A DNA stretch of 64,000 nt, from positions 17,772-81,771 of the forward strand of contig JAWOGF010000050.1 in the NCBI GenBank assembly GCA_046497075.1, given 5' to 3'. Shown piece by piece: positions 20,151 to 28,003 of this stretch. The translations under genes were made by a program, and so were the position numbers. This stretch comes from Candidatus Saliniplasma sp. (lineage in GTDB: Archaea; Thermoplasmatota; Thermoplasmata; Halarchaeoplasmatales; Halarchaeoplasmataceae). The notes under the pieces were generated by a model that worked only from the letters and a program-made list of their open reading frames with translations, made no database searches and was not told the DNA's origin. The first letter of the stretch is position 1; every line of letters begins with the position of its first letter.

Positions 20151-21241
20151 CTCATCTCATCCAAAACCACTGGGAACTTTTCTGCAAACTTTCGAGCACC
20201 TTCTTCAGGAACCGTGAAAGATATCCTTACGAATTTATCACCGGCTTTCTTCGAGAGGTAGTTCCCGCCGCGTACGAATATATCATGCTCGTAAAGGAGC
20301 TTCTCCTGTATCTTTTGTGGGTCCAATCCGGTCTCATCTATATCTATCGCGAACATGTTGGTGTTGGATGGATAAACCGGTAGGAAAACATCGGGAATAT
20401 CCTCTACTGCATCCTTGATTATAGCTTGATTTTTACGTGACTGTTCAAGCATGTCAGGGAGCCATTGTTTTTTGGTTTCCAAAGCCTTTTTCGCTCCGAC
20501 CTGTGCGATGACGTTTGCAGATAGAACGTTGGTCCGGTACTTGTGAAGTATATCAGAGTATTCGTCGGGCATGATCAAGGCACCCAATCTCATCCCTGCA
20601 AAACCTATGTTCTTTGAAAAGGAATATACAAATATAGTCCGTTCAGGAACGAAATCTGATGTGAGGGTATGATCATACGCAAAATCCCTATAGGTAATAT
20701 CATCGATGACTAGTAGATCATTATCCTCAGCTATCTCACAGATTCCCTTTACCTCTTTTTTAGTATAGGAGGAGCCTAACGGATTCAAAGGATCGATCAA
20801 GAGGATCATCTTGGTATCTTGGTCAACTTCTTCATTAACCTCTTCAACTGTCATCCTGTAAGGGTCTTTATAAACCTGGATCTCTTTCGGGATAGCTCCA
20901 CTCAATTCTATCTGATGATGGATCGGCATGAAGCTAGGATCCGACGCGATGACGTTATCACCCTCGTCGAGCAGAGCACGGGTAAGGGTATACGTTCCTT
21001 CGATAGCCCCATTGGTTATTATTGCATCAAAACCATCTTTCAAACCGAGGTCTTCAAGTAACCTTTCTTTCAATCCGAGGACTCCATCTCTATGTGGGTA
21101 AAGATTGAATTTCTTATCTTCTAGAGCTTCTTTCATGGCTTTCAACATCTCCGGTGATGCTTCAAGCTGATTAGTGTTCTGACTCATCCAGACGATCTTT
21201 TCCTCCCTTTCATGGGCGTAAACGAACGGGTCTCTTTCCAT
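20147..21241 (-). CDS. PLP-dependent class I/II aminotransferase (aspartate/aromatic aminotransferase-like)
   Basis: The PLP-lysine region is 'FSKNIGFAGMRLGALI'. It is of typical length and overlaps the flpA start by 4 nt. Confidence 0.8.
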   Translation of the reverse strand: MERDPFVYAHEREEKIVWMSQNTNQLEASPEMLKAMKEALEDKKFNLYPHRDGVLGLKERLLEDLGLKDGFDAIITNGAIEGTYTLTRALLDEGDNVIASDPSFMPIHHQIELSGAIPKEIQVYKDPYRMTVEEVNEEVDQDTKMILLIDPLNPLGSSYTKKEVKGICEIAEDNDLLVIDDITYRDFAYDHTLTSDFVPERTIFVYSFSKNIGFAGMRLGALIMPDEYSDILHKYRTNVLSANVIAQVGAKKALETKKQWLPDMLEQSRKNQAIIKDAVEDIPDVFLPVYPSNTNMFAIDIDETGLDPQKIQEKLLYEHDIFVRGGNYLSKKAGDKFVRISFTVPEEGARKFAEKFPVVLDEMR

Positions 21242-21418
21242 TATACCACCAGGAATGGTATAGCGAAGTGAGTATAAGTTTTTCGGGCAGAACTGAAAAT
21301 CTCTCTTAGAAAATTATTTATCGACCTTTTCTTTTAGGAGGGTTGTAGGCGGCTCGTTGGTTTTATATACCACCTGCTTTTAAGATGAGCACGTGAAGCG
21401 TTTTCAAAATCGCATCTA

Positions 21419-21517
21419 GCTCCCGTGGTGTAGTCCGGCCAATCATCTCGGCCTTTCGAGGCCGATAAAACCGGCCAAAGACAGCCGATCACTCGGGTTC
21501 GAATCCCGACGGGAGCA
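21419..21517 (+). tRNA. tRNA-Glu(UUC) with a 24-nt intron at the canonical 37/38 position (approx 21460-21483)
   Basis: The acceptor stem is GCUCCCG/CGGGAGC with discriminator A. The anticodon arm is UCGGC-CUUUCGA-[intron]-GCCGA. The variable loop is UCAC. The T-arm is UCGGG-UUCGAAU-CCCGA. The mature length is 75 nt and the sequence closely matches canonical archaeal tRNA-Glu. A duplicated GCCGA segment inside the intron is consistent with a bulge-helix-bulge substrate. Confidence 0.8.
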
Positions 21518-21567
21518 TTTTTACTTTCTTTTAAAAATCCGTACGGAGGGATGAGAACCTCGGTTCT

Positions 21568-21587
21568 TAAGGAATTATAATTCCTTA
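21568..21587. repeat. Perfect 20-bp palindrome TAAGGAATTATAATTCCTTA
   Basis: Seen directly. It lies between the tRNA and the tRNA 3'-end repeat. Confidence 0.7.
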
Positions 21588-21618
21588 TCTCACTCACCAG
21601 GTGTGCCTCGGGACGTGA

Positions 21619-21639
21619 GTCTATTTTCAAAAAATAGAC
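21619..21639. repeat. Palindrome GTCTATTTT-CAA-AAAATAGAC (9-bp arms)
   Basis: Seen directly. It lies between the tRNA and the tRNA 3'-end repeat. Confidence 0.7.
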
Positions 21640-21677
21640 GAACGGTTAGAATAAGAACGAAGTGAATATTCTGAGCA

Positions 21678-21700
21678 GAATCCCGACGGGAGCATTTTTA
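21678..21700 (+). repeat. Direct repeat of the tRNA-Glu 3' end (GAATCCCGACGGGAGCATTTTTA), a putative att-site copy
   Basis: The 23 nt are identical to 21501-21523 (tRNA T-loop/acceptor 3' half plus 6 nt of trailer). It is not part of a second tRNA. Confidence 0.65.
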
Positions 21701-21846
21701 CATAAAGTTGGATTCTCCTTCCATCACTATTCTTCTTTTCCAGTAGATGGATCAATATTCTCATAATTACAGAAAACCTAATAACACAAGAGAGGGTTTT
21801 GACTCATGGGTTTTAAATATAAAAAACAGGTATCGTTGATTTGTAT

Positions 21847-23487
21847 ATGCTGATCAATGTAGAAAGTCTGGATAAAACCATACGAGGTAGGAAGCTATTG
21901 AAGGATGTTTCTTTCACTATAATGGAGGGAGAAGGAGTTGGATTTATAGGTCCAAATGGGGAAGGAAAATCTACACTACTGGACATAATCACAGGTAAAG
22001 ATAGCTATTACACGGGAAGTGTAAAAATAAAGAACGGAATTTCCTATTCTTACCTTACTCAAGATATTAGTCTAAGAAATAAGAAAACTGTCGAAGAAGA
22101 ACTCGAAGATGTCGAGGACCCAAATATAGATAAAGTAAAAGAACTCGAAAGATATTCAAAGCTTCTTGAAGAGGATTCAACAGAGGATCAATCTTTAGAA
22201 GTGGCCAAAAAATATTCAGAATTGATGAACGAGATCCATGAGGAGAAAACTGGCAGTTCTAAAGGTATCGCCAAGAATATCCTGATCGAAGACTTTGATT
22301 TCGATGAAGGTATGCTGGATAGAAAGATCGGAACTCTAAGCGGTGGAGAAAAAAGGAAGGTCGAGTTGGCAAACTTTTTCTCTAAATACAAGGATGTAGA
22401 CCTCTTCATAATGGATGAACCTACGAACCATCTAGATCTTGAAGCGAAGAAATACTTTGAAAAGTATATCAACGACTTTAATGGAAGTTATTTTATGGTA
22501 GAACACGACAGGGAATTGCTTGATAACACCGTAGAAAAAATATTGGAGTTGGATGATGGTGAAATAGAAGTATATCATGGAAACTACTCTGATTATGAGA
22601 AGAAAAAAAAGACCCGGACAGTGAACAAACAAATGAAACTTGACCGACTTGAAAAGAAGGTCAAAAGCGAGAAAGAAGCTATCAAGAACTTAGAACTTAA
22701 GGCTAGCGGCGGAGGGGACTATATCAAAAAAGATAGGGTAAGAAGATTGAAAGGGTTAAAGAATAAAAGGGACCGACTGCAAAATGAACTGAGAGCAGAT
22801 GAAGTAGATATCAACCTGAATTTAAAAAAGACACCCGAGGAGTATACTCTTCTAGAAGTTAAAAAATTGACCAAAAGTTACGATGAGTTCGTCTTTGAAA
22901 ACATCACATTCGATATGAAACCTGGAAAAAAGATAGCATTGGTCGGACCTAATGGTTCGGGAAAATCCACATTACTAGAAATAATCTTTGGGAACAATAG
23001 TCCAGACTCCGGAAATGTCGAAGTGGGTAAAAAAACGAAGATAGGTTATCACGCTCAAGAATTTACCCCAGCAAGCGAAGATTATGTAGTACTTGACGAT
23101 ATCTGGGATAAAACCTACGGTGAGCATAGACCGATAACTCACACTACACATCACCTTTCTAAGGAAAAGGAAGAGAAACTAAGGAATTATCTAGGTGGTT
23201 TTGGTTTTACGGGAGATGATGTTTTTAAAGAGGTCTGCGAGCTAAGTGGCGGTGAAAAGACCTTGCTTTCCGTGGCTGAGATGATGTATGGCGGCTGTAA
23301 TCTTATTCTACTGGACGAACCCACCAATAACTTAGACATTGAAAAAAGAAAAAAATTGGAGGAATCTATCAAAGATTATGAAGGCGGTGTTCTTCTAGCA
23401 TCTCATGATAGAAGATTTATAAAAAACGCTTTAGACGAGGCTTGGAGCATCAAAAGAAGTGAGATCGAAAGCTACGTTCTAGATTGA
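21847..23487 (+). CDS. ABC-F-type tandem-NBD ATPase (no transmembrane domain)
   Basis: Two ABC cassettes carry Walker A 'GPNGEGKST' and 'GPNGSGKST' and signatures 'LSGGEKRKVELA' and 'LSGGEKTLLSVA'. A basic/coiled linker 'KKKKTRTVNKQMKLDRLEKKVKSEKEAIKNLE' lies between them. The start may be TTG 21841 or ATG 21847. The TATA-like 'TTTAAATATAAAAAAC' lies about 30 bp upstream. Confidence 0.8.
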   Translation: MLINVESLDKTIRGRKLLKDVSFTIMEGEGVGFIGPNGEGKSTLLDIITGKDSYYTGSVKIKNGISYSYLTQDISLRNKKTVEEELEDVEDPNIDKVKELERYSKLLEEDSTEDQSLEVAKKYSELMNEIHEEKTGSSKGIAKNILIEDFDFDEGMLDRKIGTLSGGEKRKVELANFFSKYKDVDLFIMDEPTNHLDLEAKKYFEKYINDFNGSYFMVEHDRELLDNTVEKILELDDGEIEVYHGNYSDYEKKKKTRTVNKQMKLDRLEKKVKSEKEAIKNLELKASGGGDYIKKDRVRRLKGLKNKRDRLQNELRADEVDINLNLKKTPEEYTLLEVKKLTKSYDEFVFENITFDMKPGKKIALVGPNGSGKSTLLEIIFGNNSPDSGNVEVGKKTKIGYHAQEFTPASEDYVVLDDIWDKTYGEHRPITHTTHHLSKEKEEKLRNYLGGFGFTGDDVFKEVCELSGGEKTLLSVAEMMYGGCNLILLDEPTNNLDIEKRKKLEESIKDYEGGVLLASHDRRFIKNALDEAWSIKRSEIESYVLD

Positions 23488-23591
23488 TTAACGTTCCCTA
23501 TTCCTTTAGCGAGTTTCGAGTTTTCATATAGTCATATTTCGTTTCTTAGCCCTCAAATCTATATAACAGAAATGCGTACTTTATTAATTAG

Positions 23592-24494
23592 ATGCAAAAA
23601 GGAAAAATATTTGATATAAAGCAGTTCGCTGTACACGACGGACCCGGGGTGAGGACTACTGTTTTCTTCAAAGGCTGCCCTCTTAACTGCTGGTGGTGCC
23701 ACAACCCCGAAAGTATCGATGAAAACGACGAGCTGTTTTTCTACGGATCCATGTGTATGGCCTGTGAAGATTGTGTGAGTACCTGTACCGAAGATGCTAT
23801 CCAAAAAAAAGATGGAAAAATAATCATCGATAGAATGAAGTGCAATCTGTGCGGTCGATGCGCCGAGGTTTGTCCAACCGCCTCCTTGAGATTGGTGGGT
23901 AAAACTGTTACAGTCGATGAAGTGATGTCCGAGATTAAAAAGTCTAGAATTTTTTTCGACAGCTCAAAGGGAGGTGTTACGCTGTCAGGAGGAGAACCAT
24001 TCCACCAATACGAATTTATGAAAAACCTGATAGAAGCGTGCAAGGATGAGGATATACACGTAACACTGGATACCTGCGGACACGTTAAAAAAGAATATTT
24101 TAATGCCGTTATCGATGATGTTGACCTATTCTTATTCGATTTGAAGTTGATCGACGATAAACTACACAAGAAATATACAGGGATCTCAAACAAGAATATC
24201 TTGAAAAACCTTAGAAATCTACTAGGTACCAAGGGAAAGGATGTGATAATAAGATTCCCGGTTATCCCAGGAGTCACCGATACGGAAGAAAATATCGAGA
24301 ATCTGATGAATTTCTTATCCCATTTCAAAAGTATCTTAGAGATCGATTTATTACCATACCACGATGTAGAAGGAAAATTCGATAAACTGGGGAAAGAATA
24401 CAGGCTTCCTCCCTTATCCATTTCCAACGGGAAGTTAAAAGATATAAAAAGAAGGTTTGAATCGAAAGGTTACCGGGTGAAAATAGGTGGTTAG
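23592..24494 (+). CDS. Glycyl-radical enzyme activating enzyme (radical SAM, PFL-AE family with extra ferredoxin-like insert)
   Basis: The radical-SAM motif is 'CPLNCWWCHNPE' (CxxxCxxC). Two extra Cys clusters 'CMACEDCVSTC' and 'CNLCGRCAEVCP' are typical of activases for PFL2-type GREs. Confidence 0.85.
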   Translation: MQKGKIFDIKQFAVHDGPGVRTTVFFKGCPLNCWWCHNPESIDENDELFFYGSMCMACEDCVSTCTEDAIQKKDGKIIIDRMKCNLCGRCAEVCPTASLRLVGKTVTVDEVMSEIKKSRIFFDSSKGGVTLSGGEPFHQYEFMKNLIEACKDEDIHVTLDTCGHVKKEYFNAVIDDVDLFLFDLKLIDDKLHKKYTGISNKNILKNLRNLLGTKGKDVIIRFPVIPGVTDTEENIENLMNFLSHFKSILEIDLLPYHDVEGKFDKLGKEYRLPPLSISNGKLKDIKRRFESKGYRVKIGG

Positions 24495-26918
24495 ATGGAT
24501 AACATAATGTCATGTAGTTTAGGAAGGGAAGAAGAGATAGAGGCCAGGAGGTCCTCCATAAAGCCCATCAACGAGAGGATAAAAAGATTGAGAGAGGAAA
24601 GTGTTGAAGGGGCGGTAACGGTGTCATCTGAAAGGGCTGAACTAATAACCGATTTTTACAAAAACGTGGATCTAAAAGATCATTCTGTACCGGTTCAACG
24701 AGCTTTAGCTTTCAAACATTTGATGGAAAATGTTAGCATCCCGGTCGAAAAAGGTCAACTTATTGTAGGGATACGGGGAACTGGAGTGAAAGAGGTACCG
24801 ACCTACCCCGAAGTCTGCTGTCATAAAAAAGAAGATCTCGATGTCCTAGATTCTCGAGAAAACAACCCCTATAAGGTAGATAAAAATACAGAAGAGAGTT
24901 ATGCCAAAGAAATCATCCCGTTCTGGGAAGGGAAAACGATACGGGAGAAAATATTCGACAGGATGAGTGAAGAGTGGAAAGACGCCTATGAGGCTGGTGT
25001 CTTCACTGAATTCATGGAACAAAGAGTACCTGGCCATACATCAGGCGGGGAAAAAATATTCTCTACAGGACTGCTGGAAATAAAAAAAGAGATCCAAGAA
25101 AAAAAGTCTGATGAACAACTGAAAAGCAGAAAACTCGAAGAATTAAAGGCTATGGAGATAACGATAGATGGTATGATATCTTATGCTGAGAGGTACGCGG
25201 ATAAATTGGAAATGATGTCTGCAAAACATGAAGATAAAACCAGAAAAGAAGAACTCAAGTATATGTCTAAAATATGTAGAAAAGTTCCAAAGCATCCGCC
25301 GGATACATACTGGGAGGCCCTACAGCATTACTGGTTCATTCACGTCGGTATCACCACTGAGTCAAATCCGTGGGATTCTTTCAACCCGGGTAGACTTGAC
25401 CAGCACCTTTATCCATTCTACCAAGATGGGATCGAAAACGGTGTTTTGGATAAAAGGAGGGCTAAAGAACTTCTAGAAGCATTTTGGCTCAAATTCAATA
25501 ATCAGCCAGCACCTCCAAAAGTAGGTGTCACCGCCCAGGAAAGCAATACCTATAACGATTTTTCTAAGATCAACATAGGAGGGGTCGATAAAGATGGTTT
25601 TAACGGTGTGAATGAGATCTCTTACCTATTATTGGAAACATTAGAGGATATGAGAACCCTCCAACCGAACACGGCGGTGTTGATCAGCAAGAAGGCCCCA
25701 GATAAGTTTTTGAATAAAGCCCTAGAAGTAGTAAAACCGGGTTTCGGGGAACCTCCCTTTTTCAATCACGATGAGATCATCAAGATATTGTTGAGGCAGG
25801 GTAAAGAATTAAAGGACGCAAGGACCGGCGGGGTCAGCGGATGTATTGAGACCGGTGCATTCGGGAAGGAAAGCTACATACTCACTGGTTATTTTAACCT
25901 ACCTAAAGTATTAGAGATCACGCTTCACAACGGGATTGATCCTATGAGCGGGAAGAAAATAGGATCGAAAACCGGTGAGGTAAAAAATTTTGATACGTTT
26001 TCAGAACTGTTCCAGGCTTTCAAAGAACAACTGAGATATTTTATCGATGTCAAGGAGAAGGGTAACGATACGATAGAAAAAATTTATCACGAGGAGCTAC
26101 CCGTACCTTTCTTATCGTTGTGGATAGAAGATTGTGTGGAAGAAGGAACAGATTATAACAGCGGTGGGGCTCGCTACAATACCCAATATATACAGATGGT
26201 GGGTCTCGGAACGATCGTGGATTCGCTTTCCTCGGTAAAATTCAATATTTTCAACAAAAACAGGTATGATTTTGAGAAAGTGATGACCGCATTGGAAGAA
26301 AACTTCGAGACAGAAGAGCGGATGCGTCAGGTATTCATCAACAAGACTCCTAAATATGGAAACGATAACGATTACGCCGACGACATCGCAAAGAAACTCT
26401 TCGACACATGTATAGATATCGTAGAGAGTTACCCCCCTTCTCCCATAAGAAAGGCATCTAGACGAGTTTACGGACTTCCTACCACAGTTCACGTTTACTT
26501 TGGAAGTATGTGTAAGGCTACACCCGACGGAAGGAAATCCGGAGAGCCTCTTTCGGAAGGTATATCCCCTGTACAGGGTGCCGACAGAAAGGGTATAGGA
26601 GCAGTATTTCGATCTGTAGGAAAATTGGATCATGTCAAATCCGGCGGGACCCTGTTGAACCAAAAGTTATCCCCGGATCTTATCAATGACGAGGAGGTTA
26701 GAAAAAAGCTGGGGGCCTTGATGAGAGGGTACTTCAAGATGGATTCACATCACGTCCAGTATAACGTTGTGAGCACCGAGCTGTTGAGAGAAGCTCAGGA
26801 AAATCCGGACGAGTTCAGGGATCTTATGGTCCGGGTTGCTGGGTACAGTGACTATTTTGTAAATCTTCCAAAGGGTTTACAAGAAGAGATAATAGAAAGG
26901 ACCGAGCAGAATGGATGA
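24495..26918 (+). CDS. Glycyl radical enzyme, PFL2/PflD/glycerol-dehydratase-like family
   Basis: 807 aa. The C-terminal glycyl-radical motif is 'MVRVAGYSDYFVNL'. The single active-site Cys loop is 'GGVSGCIETG' (the dehydratase/lyase-type GCxE rather than the PFL CC dyad). It is adjacent to the activase. Confidence 0.85.
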   Translation: MDNIMSCSLGREEEIEARRSSIKPINERIKRLREESVEGAVTVSSERAELITDFYKNVDLKDHSVPVQRALAFKHLMENVSIPVEKGQLIVGIRGTGVKEVPTYPEVCCHKKEDLDVLDSRENNPYKVDKNTEESYAKEIIPFWEGKTIREKIFDRMSEEWKDAYEAGVFTEFMEQRVPGHTSGGEKIFSTGLLEIKKEIQEKKSDEQLKSRKLEELKAMEITIDGMISYAERYADKLEMMSAKHEDKTRKEELKYMSKICRKVPKHPPDTYWEALQHYWFIHVGITTESNPWDSFNPGRLDQHLYPFYQDGIENGVLDKRRAKELLEAFWLKFNNQPAPPKVGVTAQESNTYNDFSKINIGGVDKDGFNGVNEISYLLLETLEDMRTLQPNTAVLISKKAPDKFLNKALEVVKPGFGEPPFFNHDEIIKILLRQGKELKDARTGGVSGCIETGAFGKESYILTGYFNLPKVLEITLHNGIDPMSGKKIGSKTGEVKNFDTFSELFQAFKEQLRYFIDVKEKGNDTIEKIYHEELPVPFLSLWIEDCVEEGTDYNSGGARYNTQYIQMVGLGTIVDSLSSVKFNIFNKNRYDFEKVMTALEENFETEERMRQVFINKTPKYGNDNDYADDIAKKLFDTCIDIVESYPPSPIRKASRRVYGLPTTVHVYFGSMCKATPDGRKSGEPLSEGISPVQGADRKGIGAVFRSVGKLDHVKSGGTLLNQKLSPDLINDEEVRKKLGALMRGYFKMDSHHVQYNVVSTELLREAQENPDEFRDLMVRVAGYSDYFVNLPKGLQEEIIERTEQNG

Positions 26919-27127
26919 TCGCTGACATACTTAACCCCCCTCCACCCCATGCCTAACTCAGTGTAAAATGTAATTATCCCACCTCTAGCAAATATCTCAA
27001 TGGAGGGGGTATGTTGTACGATATTTATTGAGATTTGAACGGGAAACAAGGGGACGAACAAAATTCGATAACCGCTAAATCGCCCTTATTGATTTATATC
27101 ACCTTATACATACATAATATAGTAAAT

Positions 27128-27676
27128 ATGTTAGACAAAGATATGGTTCAAAAGATAAAAGATCTTTCATTACAGGGTGAAGAGGCCTGCGATATAGCAG
27201 AGAAACTGAATTGTGAAGTTAACGAGGTCCTCAAAATAATCGGTTTGGAAGATATCATCTCTGATGTCGTACCTCAAAAGACGCAATCCAAAGCTTTTGA
27301 AATGTTCGATAAGGGGAAAAAACCCGTTGATTTAGTAAAGGACGAAATCCTAACGGTTGACGAAGCTGGTCTTCTCTATAACAAATTCGTAGAACTTTCA
27401 AAGATAGGCACACCAGAAGAAAGTGAAAAAGAATCTGTCGAAAAATTATCTACACAATTGGGGCTGCTGGGGAGTAGATTATCAAGAGTCGAGTTGAAGA
27501 TAATGAACTCTGTGTTACTTCCAAAAACTAGAGTCTGTAATAAATGTGACACTAGTGCTTCTTACGGTATAGGCATCGTCTGTTCGAACTGTGGCGATAT
27601 GGATATCATACAAAAAGAAAAGAAACCGGCAGATATAGTGAAGGGGATTCACGAGCTTATAAAGAAAAAAGAATGA
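27128..27676 (+). CDS. Hypothetical protein with an N-terminal HTH-like region and a C-terminal zinc ribbon
   Basis: The tracked ORF begins at 27035, but an AT-rich promoter-like 'TATACATACATAATATA' lies just upstream of the ATG at 27128. The C-terminus has 'CNKCD…CSNCG'. Confidence 0.5.
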   Translation: MLDKDMVQKIKDLSLQGEEACDIAEKLNCEVNEVLKIIGLEDIISDVVPQKTQSKAFEMFDKGKKPVDLVKDEILTVDEAGLLYNKFVELSKIGTPEESEKESVEKLSTQLGLLGSRLSRVELKIMNSVLLPKTRVCNKCDTSASYGIGIVCSNCGDMDIIQKEKKPADIVKGIHELIKKKE

Positions 27677-27693
27677 AGAATGATTTATGATTT

Positions 27694-27954
27694 TCATTCC
27701 TCTTGATTCTCTAAGATCGTTTTTACCATACGTTTTCCTTGATCTAACCGATCTAACCACATGTTCTCCCTTTTTGGTTTCCAACGATTGTCTTCAAATA
27801 CAGCTTCTAACCCCGCTTTCATGGCTTCTGTCCCGTTATCCCTAATAAATTCTATCCTTTCTTTTTCAGACATATTTTCAACAACCTCTGTCTTTTCATC
27901 CCGGTCAAAATCTCCAAAAGTTAACTGTTGAATGCTTTCCGCCATGTAAACCAC
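27694..27954 (-). CDS. Small acidic hypothetical protein (86 aa), possibly co-transcribed with the DnaA-like gene
   Basis: It is an ORF only, 50 bp downstream of the 28004..29782 gene on the same strand. It has no recognisable motif. Confidence 0.3.
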   Translation of the reverse strand: MVYMAESIQQLTFGDFDRDEKTEVVENMSEKERIEFIRDNGTEAMKAGLEAVFEDNRWKPKRENMWLDRLDQGKRMVKTILENQEE

Positions 27955-28003
27955 AATATTTTTTTAATCCTTATACATATACCCAATATTTATTTTACGC
28001 TGC

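Noticed and set aside
21334-21630. 98-aa minus-strand ORF
   Set aside because: It completely overlaps the tRNA-Glu gene and the palindromic spacer. The tRNA is the real feature.
24846-26663. Antisense ORFs inside the glycyl-radical enzyme gene (24846..25037, 26112..26663)
   Set aside because: They lie within a strongly supported conserved CDS and have no independent support.
27035-27127. N-terminal extension of the 27035..27676 ORF (MNGKQGDEQNS…)
   Set aside because: The extension runs through an AT-rich promoter-like stretch with low-complexity translation. The internal ATG at 27128 fits better.
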